Positions 1 through 11,907 of a stretch of 64,000 nucleotides of DNA are shown piece after piece (position 1 is the first letter of the stretch; every line of letters starts with the position of its first letter). Where the stretch lies: the NCBI GenBank assembly GCA_030390025.1, contig CM059430.1:68200001-68264000 (forward strand), written 5' to 3'. Source of the stretch: Squalus acanthias (taxonomy: Eukaryota). The notes under the pieces are model-generated. The model did not search any database and had not been told where the DNA came from. It worked only from the letters and a program-made list of their open reading frames with translations. The position numbers were made by a program, and so were the translations under genes.

Positions 1-72
1 GGCAATTAGGAATGGGCAATAAATGCTGTCCTTACCAGCGATGCCCACATGCCATAAACGAATAAATCAATA
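1..72 (+). mobile_element. 3' end of a CR1/L2-group LINE (same family as 76-1122)
   Basis: ggcaattagg..gggcaataaatgctg..ccagcgatgcccacat..aacgaataaa matches the 3' tail at 1051-1122 and the reverse complement of the tails at about 53763-53840 and 61142-61215. Confidence 0.75.
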
Positions 73-75
73 AAA

Positions 76-1122
76 GAAGATGGTTGTTGTGGTTGGAGGT
101 CAATCATCACAGCCCTAGGACATTGCTGCAGGTGTTCCTCAGGGCAGTGTCCTAGGCACAACCATCTTCAGCTGCTTCATCAATGACGTGCCCTCCATCA
201 TAAGGTCAGAGTGGGGATGTTCGCTGATGATTGCAGTGTCCAGGGCCATTCACAACTCCTCAGATGATGAAGCATTCCATTCCCACATGCAGCAAGACTT
301 GGACGACATTCAGGCTTGGGCTGATAAGTGGCAGGTAACATTCGTGCCACACAAGTGCCAGGCAATGACCATCTCGAACAAACGAGCGTCTAACCACCGC
401 CACTTGACATTCAACGGCAATACTATCGCCGAATCACCCTCTAACAATATCATGGGGTCACCATTGACCAGAAACTTTACTGGACCAGCCACATCAATAC
501 TGTGGCACCAAGAGCAGGTCAGAGGCTGGGTATTCTGCGGCGAGTGTCTCACCTCCTGTCTCCCCAAATCCTTTCCACCATCTACAAAGCACAAGTCAGG
601 AGTGTGATGGAACAGTCTGCACTTGCCTGGATGAGTGCAGCTCCAACAACACTCAAGAATCTTAACACCATCCAAGACAAAGCAGCCCGCTTGATTGGCA
701 CTCCATCCACAACCTTAAATATTCACTCACTCCACCACCAGCGTACAGTGGCTGCAGTGTGTATTATCTACGAGATGCACTGCAACAACTCGCCAAGGCT
801 TCTTTGGCAGCACCTCCCAAACTCGCGAACTCTACCACCTAGAAGGACAAGGATAGCAGACGCATGGGAACATCACCAACTCCAAATTACCCTCCAAGTC
901 ACAAACCATCCTCACTTGGAAGTATTTCGCCGTTCCTTCATCGTCGCTGGGTCAAAATCATGGAACCTCCTTCCTAACAGCACTGTGGGAGTACCTTCAC
1001 CACAGGGACTGCAGCTGTTCAAGAAAGCTGCTCAGCAACAACTTTTCAACGGCAATTAAGGATGTACAATGAACGCTGCCCTAGCCAGCAATGCCCACAT
1101 CCCATGAACGAATTTTAAAAAA
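76..1122 (+). mobile_element. 5'-truncated, frameshifted CR1/L2-group LINE (RT C-terminal half plus 3' UTR)
   Basis: GVPQGSVLG motif at about 131-157; ORFs 188..607 and 502..1059 (LQ..LDDIQAWADKWQV-like, IYKAQVRSVME, KSWNLLP); A-rich tail. Confidence 0.85.
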
Positions 1123-1511
1123 TTATAAAGCGGACCATTGTGTAGTACTGGTTTTATCTAATTAAACCTAGGGAGGCATCAATTTATGTTGCAGGTTGAC
1201 TTAAAGGACCAAAAATGATTGGACGCGCTCTAGAAACTGTCCAATTCAGTGAGTAGAGCCTGTGGGTATGACTGGTGGAGGTACCCCTGAGGACCGTGAC
1301 AACTTCTGGTGCCTGGAATTCGGAAATATATTACCCACATGTTGCACTGTTACTAAGAGCAAACTTGATGCAAGTACTCATACGTGGAGTATAGCAACGA
1401 GGAGTGCAGATTTCACCTTCTTTGGAGCGTTTAATGATGATTTTTGCCCAGCAACCACATAAGACTGATCGTAATTGCGTCAAAAATAGGATCGGGGCAG
1501 GAACAATAATA

Positions 1512-1975
1512 TAGAAACAGGAGTAAGACATTCAGCCCCTCGAGCTTGTTCCACCATTCAATTAGATTTTGGTTGATCTGTGTCTGAACTCCAATTACTC
1601 GGCTTAGTTCCTTATTCCTTAATATCCTTACATACCAAAAATCTAGCAAACTCAGTTTTGAAATTTTCAATTTACCTAGCCTCAACAGCCTTTTGAGGAG
1701 AGAACTCCATATTTCCACTACCCTTTGCGTGAAAAAGTGCTTCCTGAAGTCACCCCTGGAAGGTCCAGACATAATTTTAAGGTTATGCCCCCTTGTTCTG
1801 GAATCAACCCACAAAACGAAATAATTTATTTCTATCTACCCTATCAAATCATTGAATCATCTTAACGATCTCAATTAGATCGCCCCTTAACCTTCTTTGT
1901 CCAAGGGAATACAAGTCTTGTCTGTGCAGCATGCCCCCATAATTTAAGTCCTTTAATCCCGTTAACATTCTGGTT
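1512..1975 (-). mobile_element. CR1 LINE 3' fragment
   Basis: ORF 1431..1814: SRTRGHNLK...RKHFFTQRVVEIWSSL, the typical CR1 ORF2 C-terminus. Confidence 0.8.
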
Positions 1976-2692
1976 CCTACTGTTCATCTCCAGTTTTACC
2001 CGTTAACAGTTGCGCCCAGTTTACTGTGGTTAATTTCTGCCTTGTCCCTTTAATGTTATTCATATCTGAACATAGGAATGGAAGTGAATGATACCATATA
2101 GAATTCCCACTCCAGTTCGAAGAAAGGAAAATATATGAGACTGCTTACCTATCAAGATTTGTTGCCCATATAAGTAACTACAAACAAGCAACGATGTTTA
2201 ATCATACATACAAGGCCGATCTTGCTCAGACGTCACCCCCCCCCCCCCACTCCAAGATACATTACGTTCGACATTTATACTTTTGTCATAACAGACCCAC
2301 TATTGTTTGTATGATCTAACCCGAGCACCATGTGCTCTCCCTTTGTCTGAAAACGAACTCAAATCTGATTTGTCCAGCTGTGCAGTCGGTCACTTGGCTA
2401 GTCCCAACGGGAAACCATTCGGCATCTGTTTTTTCAGGTTTATTTTGTCTAATCCATCTTGTTTCTCCTATTGTATGTTCCATGATAACCCCACTCTCCC
2501 CCATCCTTAACTATTTAAACTAATACAAACCTAAAGTCATGTGATACAAGTTTCATTTATGATTCTGTTGACTAAGGCCAGTTTTACGTGAATACAGTTC
2601 ATTACTTTTTCACCAGCTGCATGTAATTCTGCTTTTATACTTTATCTTGGTCATGTTGTTTTTGTCACAGAGATTTCGTTGACACATGCTGA

Positions 2693-2695
2693 ACT

Positions 2696-2763
<68 letters not shown>

Positions 2764-2793
2764 CGCTCCCTCTATATATATATATCTCTCGCT
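2693..2793. repeat. Compound microsatellite (CT)n(CTAT)n(AT)n
   Basis: Directly visible. Confidence 0.95.
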
Positions 2794-2959
2794 CTTAGCA
2801 GCTCCTCATACCAATTAACCCGTGAAGTTATTTTCCCTATACCGGGTTGTTAACCTATTATGTGACGCAATATCGGACACGCGTCTCAGCCACCGTTTAG
2901 AATATGACTGGGTTGGACCGTCAAACGAAAAAACAATGGAAAGTTCACGATGTCTACAA

Positions 2960-3939
2960 CTCATTCGTAATGCCGTGTTTACCCTTTATGCCAGTCTAAT
3001 TATGTTCCTGAACTCCTCAGCTGCTACAGCTAAAGGGTGCTCCATGACTGAGATGGCTGGTGGCGAGGATTGGGTGGCTAGATCGGATCTGCTGGAACGC
3101 TTGAAGCCTGAAATAACTAGCATCTGAGTGAACCAAATCTTCCAGAGGGACCAGCTTCCGGCAGCCTTACTGTTTCAGAGGGTGGCGGGCCCATGTCTGA
3201 AATTCTATCATGCACAGAGATAGGATGGGACATTACGGAAGCACTTCCATTACCACTAGTTGGAGTTGCGGCATATGTGTCCCTTACTTCCATCCCCCTT
3301 TTGGCGGGAACAGACTCAGAGGCATTGGTCAGTACATTACAGAGCGAATACCCGCTTGGCGTTTGTGTTCTTCCTTTCATCCTTCGTGAGAACAGAAGAT
3401 AATGTTAAAAGATCAGTGGTAGGAGTCATTATTTTCCCCAGTTTGAGTGCATGCATCACATGATACTGTGTGGTGCAGGGGAATTATGCATTTTAAGGAA
3501 TTGTCTCTGAAGAATTCCTGCAACAGGCTATGTGATTGGACAGAGTGTTTCTCAGTTCAGATGGCGCTTCAGTACTTGAAAATGTTTTCCTATGCATGCG
3601 TGAGTTATCCTAACAACCAGGTCATCAGAGGGAAACAATATGAGGCAATACGTTGAGTGAAGGTTCTATCTGTGGTACAATTAATCTCTTCCTGTAGTTC
3701 TTGGGTGGCGAGGTTCCACAGACTTCGCCAGCAGCCTCCCTGTAAACTGCCTGAACAACCCTCCTCTGGGGAGTCCTACTCTCAAGGCTCAGCAGTCGAT
3801 CACTTCTCGCTTTGACGGGAGCTGCGGTGCGTATCAGATGAAACCCGACTAGAATGAAATGAATCCGGATCGGAGTGGTTTCGAGGGGCGGGTGGAAGTC
3901 CTGCCCTGAAGGAACACCGACCCGGAGACTAGAAGCCAT
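2960..3939 (-). pseudogene. Possible decayed Harbinger Myb/SANT-like ORF remnant
   Basis: ORF 3625..3939 segment VKARSDRLLSLESRTPQRRVVQAVYREAAGEV..KNYRKR aligns by eye to the Myb domains at 20205 and 47722; downstream 3117..3380 is Ser/Pro-rich (PEAGPSG) like Harbinger ORF2 tails. Confidence 0.35.
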
Positions 3940-4259
3940 CCTCTGATGACCCTCTTTGCCGGCCTTTGGAAATCTGCGGCATCACCGTATTCCTGCTCCG
4001 AACCCATCAGCAATGGATAATAAAGACCGAGGAAGGAAATATTGACGGGTTAGGGGCCAAATTATTTGCAGCAGACTCAGCTCAAAGTATCTTCTTTCTC
4101 AAACTTTCAGACCTTCTGTGATTGTCAATCAATCCTCCCATCCCATCCGTCTTCCCCCACCCCTTCCTTTCTGTAACTTCTATATAATATAAATTGTTTC
4201 TGCCTAATCAGGGAGTTTCATCAACGTGTTGATACCTGTTACTTCTTTAATGTTATGTC

Positions 4260-4518
4260 ATTGAGATAAACCACATACAGGCCGACCAATGGGACTTTGG
4301 TTTAACTGCAGATTACAGATCCTGTTCAGATGAGGTGCTCACGCAGTTTAAATTGCATTTACGTTCACAGCTCGCGTCTTAAAATAGATTATCGGAAACA
4401 GTTTTAGGCACACGACATGACATCTCGTCAAATCACAAATCTGATCGGATTATCTACAAACTGATATTTCCAAACCATCCGAGCCGCGGTTCAGTGGCAG
4501 AACAATTTCCATTGAACA
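4260..4518 (+). promoter_or_regulatory. Candidate proximal promoter/5' UTR of the VJ-C1 gene
   Basis: Position upstream of the leader ATG; overlapping GATA (AGATAA 4264-4269) and RUNX (AACCACA 4269-4275) motifs, octamer-like AATTGCAT 4351-4358, ETS-like CGGAAA at about 4393. Short motifs, could be chance. Confidence 0.3.
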
Positions 4519-4564
4519 ATGTTTGTGTGTCACTACATATGGGCGCTTGGGGTTATTTACAAAG
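4519..4564 (+). CDS. VJ-C1 IgSF receptor exon 1 (leader peptide, MFVCHYIWALGVIYK)
   Basis: ATG at 4519, 15 codons + 1 nt, donor AAG|gtattt; phase 1 matches the V exon; typical Ig/TCR-like leader-intron layout. Confidence 0.75.
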
Positions 4565-4726
4565 GTATTTTCCGTTATAATCAACTATTTTTCTTTCTTG
4601 CTTGCTTTTTTAATTTCTTTGTCTATCTCTATATACACATATGTCTATCTATCTATTTAGCGAGCTATCTATTCGTGTCTATTTTTTAGCTCAATTTTGT
4701 AATCAATGTTTAAAAATATTTTACAG

Positions 4727-5038
4727 TTGCTCCCGCTGCAGTTTCTCAAACCCCTGAAAGCACCAGTGTGATGGTAGGTGCAGACATTACGTTCCATTGC
4801 AAGACCAGCTCTGTCCAGGATAATTCAGATGTGAAAGTTTATTGGTGGAGACTTGGCGACAATCACTTCATACAACCAGATTCTGAAGGCAGAAAACGAT
4901 TCTTTCCTTTGAAAAACGGAGAGAATTCCTTCCAGATCCTGAGTGTCCAGTTCCCAGACTCCGGATCATATTACTGTGGCGTGAGATACAAAGGAAACAC
5001 GATGATAAAAGGAGCCGGATCGAAGCTTGTTGTGTACG
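4727..5038 (+). CDS. VJ-C1 IgSF receptor exon 2: germline-joined VJ-type V domain
   Basis: Acceptor ttttacag|, donor G|gtaagc (phase 1/1); VSQTP..ITFHC..VYWW..FQILSVQFPDSGSYYC..KGAGSKLVV (B-strand C, C-strand W, DxGxYYC, J-like GxGxxLxV). Confidence 0.93.
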
Positions 5039-5299
5039 GTAAGCGACCTTGGAGAAAGTTGCGGCCGCTGCTATTGTATGACAGTGTATACAGTATCGTA
5101 CTTTTTTGATTATTTAATGAATTGACCTCTACTGCTAGTTTATGGGAGATGATTAGGGAACATTACTTAAAATCAGCCCCCAAATCATATCACGATATAT
5201 ATATATATATATAAGTTAAGTATCTCTGGGCTCCTGGACAATATACAGAAGATGATCTGAAACCAAAGGCGCGGTATGTGGTAGCAATAAGGACCTTAA

Positions 5300-5800
5300 T
5301 TGATTGGCTATGGATAAAGAAGAAATTAGTTTGTGCAAGATATTGGTAGGACCACACCTTGAATCCTGTATGCAAATCCATCACAAAAGTGCAATGGGAA
5401 TACGCAAGCATTGAACGCAGTATAGAACCGATACTGCCAAATTGGAAACTCGCTAAGGAACCTGAGTAGCCATGAGACGTTCAGGAGTCTGGGCGTATTT
5501 ACTTTGAAGCACAGAAGGCGCATTGGAATTTTTTTTCAAGATTATTATGATAATAGATAGTTAGCTCGAGATTACCAGAAAGACGGCAAGCAGTGGACAA
5601 CTTTTCAGAGATAAGCTCAGCAGGAGGTTTAGATTTAACTGCTTTCCGCAGAAGGTAATGAATATGTGAAACGGACTCTCCAGTGGGCACAGATTACGTG
5701 TAAAATGTTGAGGGAGAATTGGATCGATATTTGAGGGAGTGGAAGACTGAGAGGTATTAGGTTTTGGGAATTGACAGATGGAATACAGGGTATTTTCGGA
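5300..5800 (+). mobile_element. Old, degenerate CR1 LINE fragment in the V-C intron
   Basis: Translates to KILVGPHLESCMQ and LGVFTLKHRR, similar to CR1 KxLVRPHLEYCVQ and LGLFSLExRR. Confidence 0.55.
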
Positions 5801-5879
5801 TCCTGCATTTCCTGTGTATTTATTACTGGGTACTTTAAAACTTTTGTCACAATGATGGCGGCTGCGTCTAATTTTATAA

Positions 5880-6525
5880 AATCATAGAATCTTACAGCAC
5901 AGAAAGAGGCCATTCCTGCCATTGGAACTGTGCCAGATCTTTGAACGAGCTATCTAATTAGTCCCATTCCCCCACTCTTTCCCCAAAGCCCTGCAAAACT
6001 TAATATTTCAAATATATATACAAATTCCCTTTTGAAAGTTACGACTGAATCTGCATCCACCAGCCTTTCAGACAGTTCAATCCAAATCATAAAAACTCGC
6101 TTGTGCAAAAATGCATTCTACACATCTCGAATCAGGGCCTTTTGCCATTTATCTTAAATTTGTGCCCTCCTGCAACCGGAAAGAGTTTCTGTGTATTTAC
6201 TATATCAAAGCCTCTCATCATTTTGCATACCTTAATACATCTCCCCCTAACTTTCCCTATTCTAAGCAGAACAATACCAGTTTCTCCAGTCTCGCCATGC
6301 AACTGAAGTCCCTCGTCCCTGGTATCATTCTGGTAAATCTCTTCTGCACCCTCTCCAAGACCTTTACATCCTTCCTAAAGCGTTGTGCCAAAATAGATAC
6401 AATACTCCAGATGAGGCCTAACCAGTGATTTATAAATGTTTAACAGAACATCCTTGCTTTTGTACTCTATGTCTCTATTTATAAAGCCATGGATACCATA
6501 TGTTTGTTCTGCCACCTTTAAAGAT
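5880..6525 (-). mobile_element. CR1 LINE 3' fragment
   Basis: Reverse complement has the LVRPHLEY region (about 6400-6425) and a CR1 tail ending ..ttctgtgctgtaagattctatgat. Confidence 0.75.
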
Positions 6526-7597
6526 TATGGTAGTCCAATTACACAATTGATCTGTATAAAAATCCTATCGGTTTGAACTCAATTCAGTGAGTAGAAGACT
6601 GAGCTGTAACTGTATCAATACTGACACTAATGACTGCAAGGTGTGACATACGAGTCTCCTGTCCGGCGAGAGTTATGTACATACATAGTTAAATATGTAG
6701 AGAACAAGGACGGCGCGAGTACAATCTATGAACATTTGAATAAACTCCTGGTAAGTTTACAATTTGGTCTAAGGGACCCTTTGATCAGTTTCGGAAACTA
6801 GATTTGATACTAGTCGGGAATTGTACTGCATGAGTATCGAACCCAGTCTGTGGAATCTCTCGCACTTCTCCGTGAACTGTGGTCCGATGATAACTCTCAA
6901 TTTAAATTGTAACTTTAACAAGTACGAATGGCGGGGGTGAGGTTGGGTGGGGTGGGGTGGTTCTTGACGGTGATAATATATTTCCAGTCTAATGTTAGGC
7001 TTGCTATGTGTCAGCATGGAAGAGGCTGGATTTTCAGCCACTTCCCTCATACTTCTCTAAGGATGATCCCCTCAACCCTCACTTGTCATCATTCCCTTTT
7101 AATTAAATTACAGCAAGTTGGGCTTTTTCTCTTTAAATTTTGGACACAGTTATTTTTCCTGCACTTACAAAGTATCCCGGGATCAATGTATCGCTTCTCT
7201 GGACGGTAATATTGTTCCCCTTTGTACCAAATTTACAAATCCTAACACGTGTTGTTTGAAATAAGTTTTGCCTATCTATTTAAACCTGCCTAATAACAAA
7301 ACTGAGCAAAAAGCTGCTGAATTGTAATATAAATATAATTCTTTGCCTGGACTAAGCGCAAAGCGGCGACGGCCTGAATGTCTAGTCGCACTGAATTGCT
7401 TTCTCCTGTTACTGCGACACGCATCTGCTCCGTCCGCATATTAGCCTAGAAAGTTATGGGAAGAATCTTATTTCGAATTGTTAAGTAACCAAAATGCGAA
7501 TTGGAATCATCGTATTATATTCAGGAAGACTGGACGCCAAACGAGAGTAAAATAGCAGAGTCTGGGCAATCAGTGTATTCTTGACCCTCTTCCACAG

Positions 7598-7906
7598 CTT
7601 CCCCGGAACCCGTGAGACTGGTCCCCAAAGTTTTCGGAACCAACTCATCTACTCTAACACTTGTGTGTGAAACGGCCGAGTTCTACCCGGAGGCTCTCAC
7701 CTTCACTTGGTATAAAAATGATACCAACATTGTGACTGGGATCAACACCATTAAAAGGCCTAATTCGGAGGGAATGTATGAAGCTTCCAGCAGATTGGAA
7801 ACGACACAGCCAGCCCAGAGCGGGGCTGTATATACTTGTGTGGTCTCTCACCTCACACTGCAGAGTCCAGCCGTGGCTGTTTACTTTGACTCCAGTACTA
7901 ACCCAG
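7598..7906 (+). CDS. VJ-C1 IgSF receptor exon 3: C1-set domain
   Basis: Acceptor cttccacag|, donor G|gtaaga (phase 1/1); TLTLVCETAEFYPEALTFTWYK...YTCVVSHLTL (CxxxxFYP, W, YxCxVxH); N-glycan sequons NSS and NDT. Confidence 0.93.
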
Positions 7907-8425
7907 GTAAGATGTTGACATTTGTACAATACTGGCAGCCACTGAGCACTTTAAATTTGCTTTATTTGCTCTCGATCCTTTTTGTTTCGGAGATACAACG
8001 AATTTTATAGAATGTCCTTTCAAAGTTTGTTTCTATCTGCTGACTTGTGAAACGGATACAAGAGACAAACGTCTCCCATCCGAGAAATGGAGTGTAATCT
8101 ATAAGAATTATAATCATCAACTGAATTAGACTATTCTTCACCAGATTCAATTGCTTGCCATTTAACAGCGAGAGAAAATTTCTCATTTATTTAATATTTT
8201 CCATTATTGAGAAGCTGCCGATCCAGATCAGTTCCTGTGTCAGCTGCCCAACTCTGCGTGAGATATCACACGGCTGTAATTTGCGCTATAGTCTTCTTAG
8301 CTACAAAGTTCATTATTGTGGTGTGAATGACATTTCAAAAGTTACATTTTAATCCAGTAATGCAAACAATTTTTGTGCCGGATTCAGCTGAAAGGAAAAT
8401 AAGAATCAATAAAATTATCCTATAC

Positions 8426-8472
<47 letters not shown>

Positions 8473-8670
8473 TGAACCAGTTTGCACAGTTAACAGTCTC
8501 AATCCTCGGCTCTTCTGTGAATAAACTCTAAATGTAAATGGGAGAACTAATACATGTTCTACAGACTGTTTGCATAACACTGCGTACAATGAAGAGCTGG
8601 TCATTGATTATTACTAATATTAGTAATAGCAATATTATGATGATTGTTTGTATTATTATTATGATTTGAG

Positions 8671-8784
8671 GCAATGGACTCCCATCCCTTCCCCTACGGA
8701 TCGCTGGATGTACAGGGGCTGCACTGATATTTTTAGCCATCATCATCCTCATTGGGAAGATTTACCAACTCAGCAAATGCAAAG
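8671..8784 (+). CDS. VJ-C1 IgSF receptor exon 4: transmembrane (GNGLPSLPLRIAGCTGAALIFLAIIILIGKIYQLSKCK)
   Basis: Hydrophobic run followed by basic residues; strong donor AAAG|gtaagg, phase 1. Acceptor is either tttgag|8671 or the in-frame tacag|8716; an in-frame TGA at 8667 excludes acceptors further upstream. Confidence 0.8.
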
Positions 8785-9263
8785 GTAAGGAGCCACATAT
8801 GTAGTTTCACTGTGATAGATTTGTAATAAAAAGGGGATCAACATGACGCCGAACAAAGTAAGGGACGTTAAATCTGGTCCTGGAATGGAATTATGTTAAT
8901 ATGTTAAACAGTTATAATTAGTTCCACAGTGTGGAAAAAAATTATTTGTCCAAGATTAATTCAAATGAACTTAAAGTAAATGATTAATGAGTACCGATGT
9001 TTGCATTTTTCGGTGTTTTATGTCGTTTTGAATCAGTGATTCCCTGTGTTATGGGGAAGGTATTTAAGGACCGTTAACTTTAGATTGTACAACCTAATTA
9101 GATTGTTCAAGGGGGCGGGAGGGGAGAGATGCGATTACATTTTCAAATCTGTTCATGAGCTTTGATCCTCAAGGCGTTATTGGCTTAGACTAAGGTGGAT
9201 TTCCTTGCTCTCGGTGGTTCACTTCTTAGTGTCTGGTCAAAGTTAAATGTTGTATTTCACTAG

Positions 9264-9307
9264 GCGCACGCGGAAACGAAGAAGGTCATCGCCACATCGA
9301 AGAACGG
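9264..9307 (+). CDS. VJ-C1 IgSF receptor exon 5: cytoplasmic (GARGNEEGHRHIEER)
   Basis: Acceptor tatttcactag|, phase 1 open frame, donor CGG|gtgcgt (phase 0). Confidence 0.65.
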
Positions 9308-9435
9308 GTGCGTTTCTCTACTACATTTTCGAAAATGTTGGAAGCATAAAATAATGAAATGCTATACTAAGCATATATAATTATGTGATGTAGACGGTTA
9401 TTTTTACGTGTTTATTGTTAAATGTTTATATGCAG

Positions 9436-9513
9436 CAGGGGCCACCATACGAACGAAAAATCCCCATATGTCCCATTCCCTGCTTCAAACATCTCCAGTC
9501 AAGTACAGAATGA
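9436..9513 (+). CDS. Candidate terminal exon A (QGPPYERKIPICPIPCFKHLQSSTE*)
   Basis: tgcag|cag NAGNAG acceptor 128 nt after exon 5; phase 0 frame open to TGA 9511-9513; alternative to candidate B. Confidence 0.35.
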   Translation, partial: QGPPYERKIPICPIPCFKHLQSSTE

Positions 9514-9524
9514 GGTGGATGCCG

Positions 9525-10105
9525 ACCTAAGTTCCCTCTACACTGCGCCATCAAACAGCCCCAGTTCTAGTGCAGTTGTGTGAGATAGAGAGTAAAGCTC
9601 CCTCTACATTGTCCCATCAAACATTCCCAGGGCAGGTACAGCACGGGAAGATACACAGTAAAGCTCCCTCTACAATGTCCCATCAAACACTCCCAGGGCA
9701 GGTACAGCACGGGTTAGATACAGAGTAAAACTCCCTCTAAACTGTCCCATCAAACACTCCCAGGGCAGGTAGAGTGCGGGTTAAATACCGAGTAAAGCTC
9801 CCTCTAAACTGTCCCATAAAACACTCCCAGGGTATGTACGGCATGGTATAGATATAGTAAAGCTCCCTCTACACACCCAGGGCTGGTAAAGCAAGGGTCA
9901 GATAAAGAGTAAAGCTCGCTCTACACTTTCCCATCAAACATTCCCATGTCTAGTGCAGTTGGTTTACATACAGAATAAAGCTCTCTCTGAACTGTCCCAT
10001 CAAACACTCCCAGGGCAGGTACCGCACGGGATAGATACAGAGTCAAGCTCCCTAAAAACTGACCATTAAGCACTCCCAGGGGAGTTACAGCACTGGTTAT
10101 ATATA
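9525..10105. repeat. ~67-bp minisatellite, about 8 degenerate copies
   Basis: Unit gtaaagctccctctacactgtcccatcaaacactcccagggcaggtacagcacgggttagatacaga recurs at 9592, 9658, 9725, 9792 and onward. Confidence 0.9.
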
Positions 10106-10479
10106 TAGTAGACCACCCTCGACCCTGGTCCATTTAACGTTCACTGTGACAGTGCAGTACGGTTAGTAACAAAGTAATATTCCATTACTCTGTTTGAATA
10201 AATTGCCTGAAGCTCCTCCTTATGAAAAAAAACCTGCAATTGGACCATGCAATTTTCTCCCCACTCTCCCGCCGTCTAATCACTGGCAGCTCTGATTGAG
10301 ATTGCTAATTCATCAATGTCGATTTTTAATTAATTGCACGTTTGATACTATAAACCAGAACACGACGAGTTAGAATGAGACGGACCAAGTAATGGAAAAT
10401 AAGCTATCAGTACAGGCTACACTCAATTCCCAGATCACGAAGAACGAAGTCACTGCGTCATCTAATTCTCGTATTCTCA

Positions 10480-11170
10480 TAAGAATATAAGAAATAGGAT
10501 CAGGAATAGGCCACAAGGCCCCTCGAGCCTGCTCCATCATTCATTAAATTCAAGGCTGATCTTCGACATCAACTCCCCATCCCCGCCCTATCCCCATATC
10601 CGTTGATTCACCTAGAGTCCAAAAATCTATCTATCTGAGCCTGGAATATACACATCGAATGAGCATCTACAGTCCTCTGGGGTAGATAATTCCAAAGATT
10701 CGCAACCTTCTGATTCAAGAAATACCTCCTCATCTCAGTCTTAAATGGCCGACCCCTTATCCTGATACTGTGACCCCTAGTTCTACACTCTCCAGCCAAT
10801 GGACACAGCTATCAGTATCTACCCTGTCAAGTCCTCTAACAAGGTTGCACGTTTCAATGAGATCACCTCTCATTCTTCTAAACTGCAGACAAATGAGGCC
10901 CATTCTCCTGAATCTCTCCTCATAGGACAACCCTCGCATCCCAGGAATCAATCTAGTGACCCTCAGGTGAAACTCCTCTAAGACGAGTATATATTTCCTT
11001 AGTTAAGGAGAACAAAACGGTACACAGTACCCCAGGTGTGGTCTCACAAAAGCCCTATATAATTGCAGCAAGACTTCCTTACTCTTATACTCCAATTCCC
11101 TTGCAACAAAGGCTAACATACCATCTGCCTTCCTAATTGCTTGCTGTACTTGCATTTTTACTTTCTGTAT
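10480..11170 (-). mobile_element. CR1 LINE 3' fragment
   Basis: ORFs 10608..10799 (RTRGHS..FLNQKVANLWNYLP) and 10757..10951 (LSYEERF..RRMRGDLIE). Confidence 0.85.
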
Positions 11171-11361
11171 CGATGGAATAATATCGATAAAACACCTCGT
11201 TTTATATTACTGCAACCGTGTCTGAAGTACACATTGTGAGAGCAGTTCAGTTGGTGACTGAATGTAGAAGAAAATTATGCTGCTTTTCCGTTCTGTTTCA
11301 TGCATCGCTCTGCTGACTAATCAAGCTAATTAGCTAACCATAAAAAGCTTCGATTTTACAG

Positions 11362-11397
11362 ACCATTGGAGGGACGTTCGAAAATAGCCTGCTTTAA
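11362..11397 (+). CDS. Candidate terminal exon B (TIGGTFENSLL*)
   Basis: Good acceptor gattttacag| with upstream ctaac/ctaat branch-like motifs; phase 0 gives 11 codons and TAA. Confidence 0.35.
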   Translation, partial: TIGGTFENSLL

Positions 11398-11571
11398 ATG
11401 GCCTCGGTTGTAACCAAAGACGAAATCCTAAAGAAGACAAAGAGCATAAGAAAACGTAGAGGCAAAAGAATAAGGAAAGAACTTAGGCTCATCGAACAGA
11501 ACAAAGAGCTAAATTATGATAATTTTGGATGTACCATATAACTGGACCGTGCTGGTCATATTAAGCCTTGT

Positions 11572-11607
<36 letters not shown>

Positions 11608-11907
11608 CAACCAGACAGCTCTGTGAATCTCAATTAAAATACAAACTGGATCAGACGGCAGGTGCTCCATCCTAGACTTCAACCTAGCTTTCTCTTTCAG
11701 ATGCTGATCTTTCTGCCGTTTGTTTCTCATTAATTGTAATGTTTCCGGTGTGTTATATGAACATTAACACGTGCGTATGTGACTTCCTGTTTAGTGAGAC
11801 AAATATTAAAGTGTAAACTGCAATGAAAGCATGCGGTAGAGCTTTATTTCAGAGATCTCCTGTTAATGTCAAAGTCATTTAGTCATCAGTGAGTAAATTA
11901 TTGAATT

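Noticed and set aside
4727-7906. A rearranging TCR or Ig light-chain locus
   Set aside because: No RSS after the V, no separate J segments, and J motif is KGAG rather than FGxG/WGxG; a TM exon excludes IgL and it lacks the TCR TM signature
8925-8963. CACAGTG in the intron after the TM exon as an RSS partner
   Set aside because: No nonamer at 12- or 23-bp spacing; it is the centre of a short palindrome TTCCACA-G-TGTGGAA
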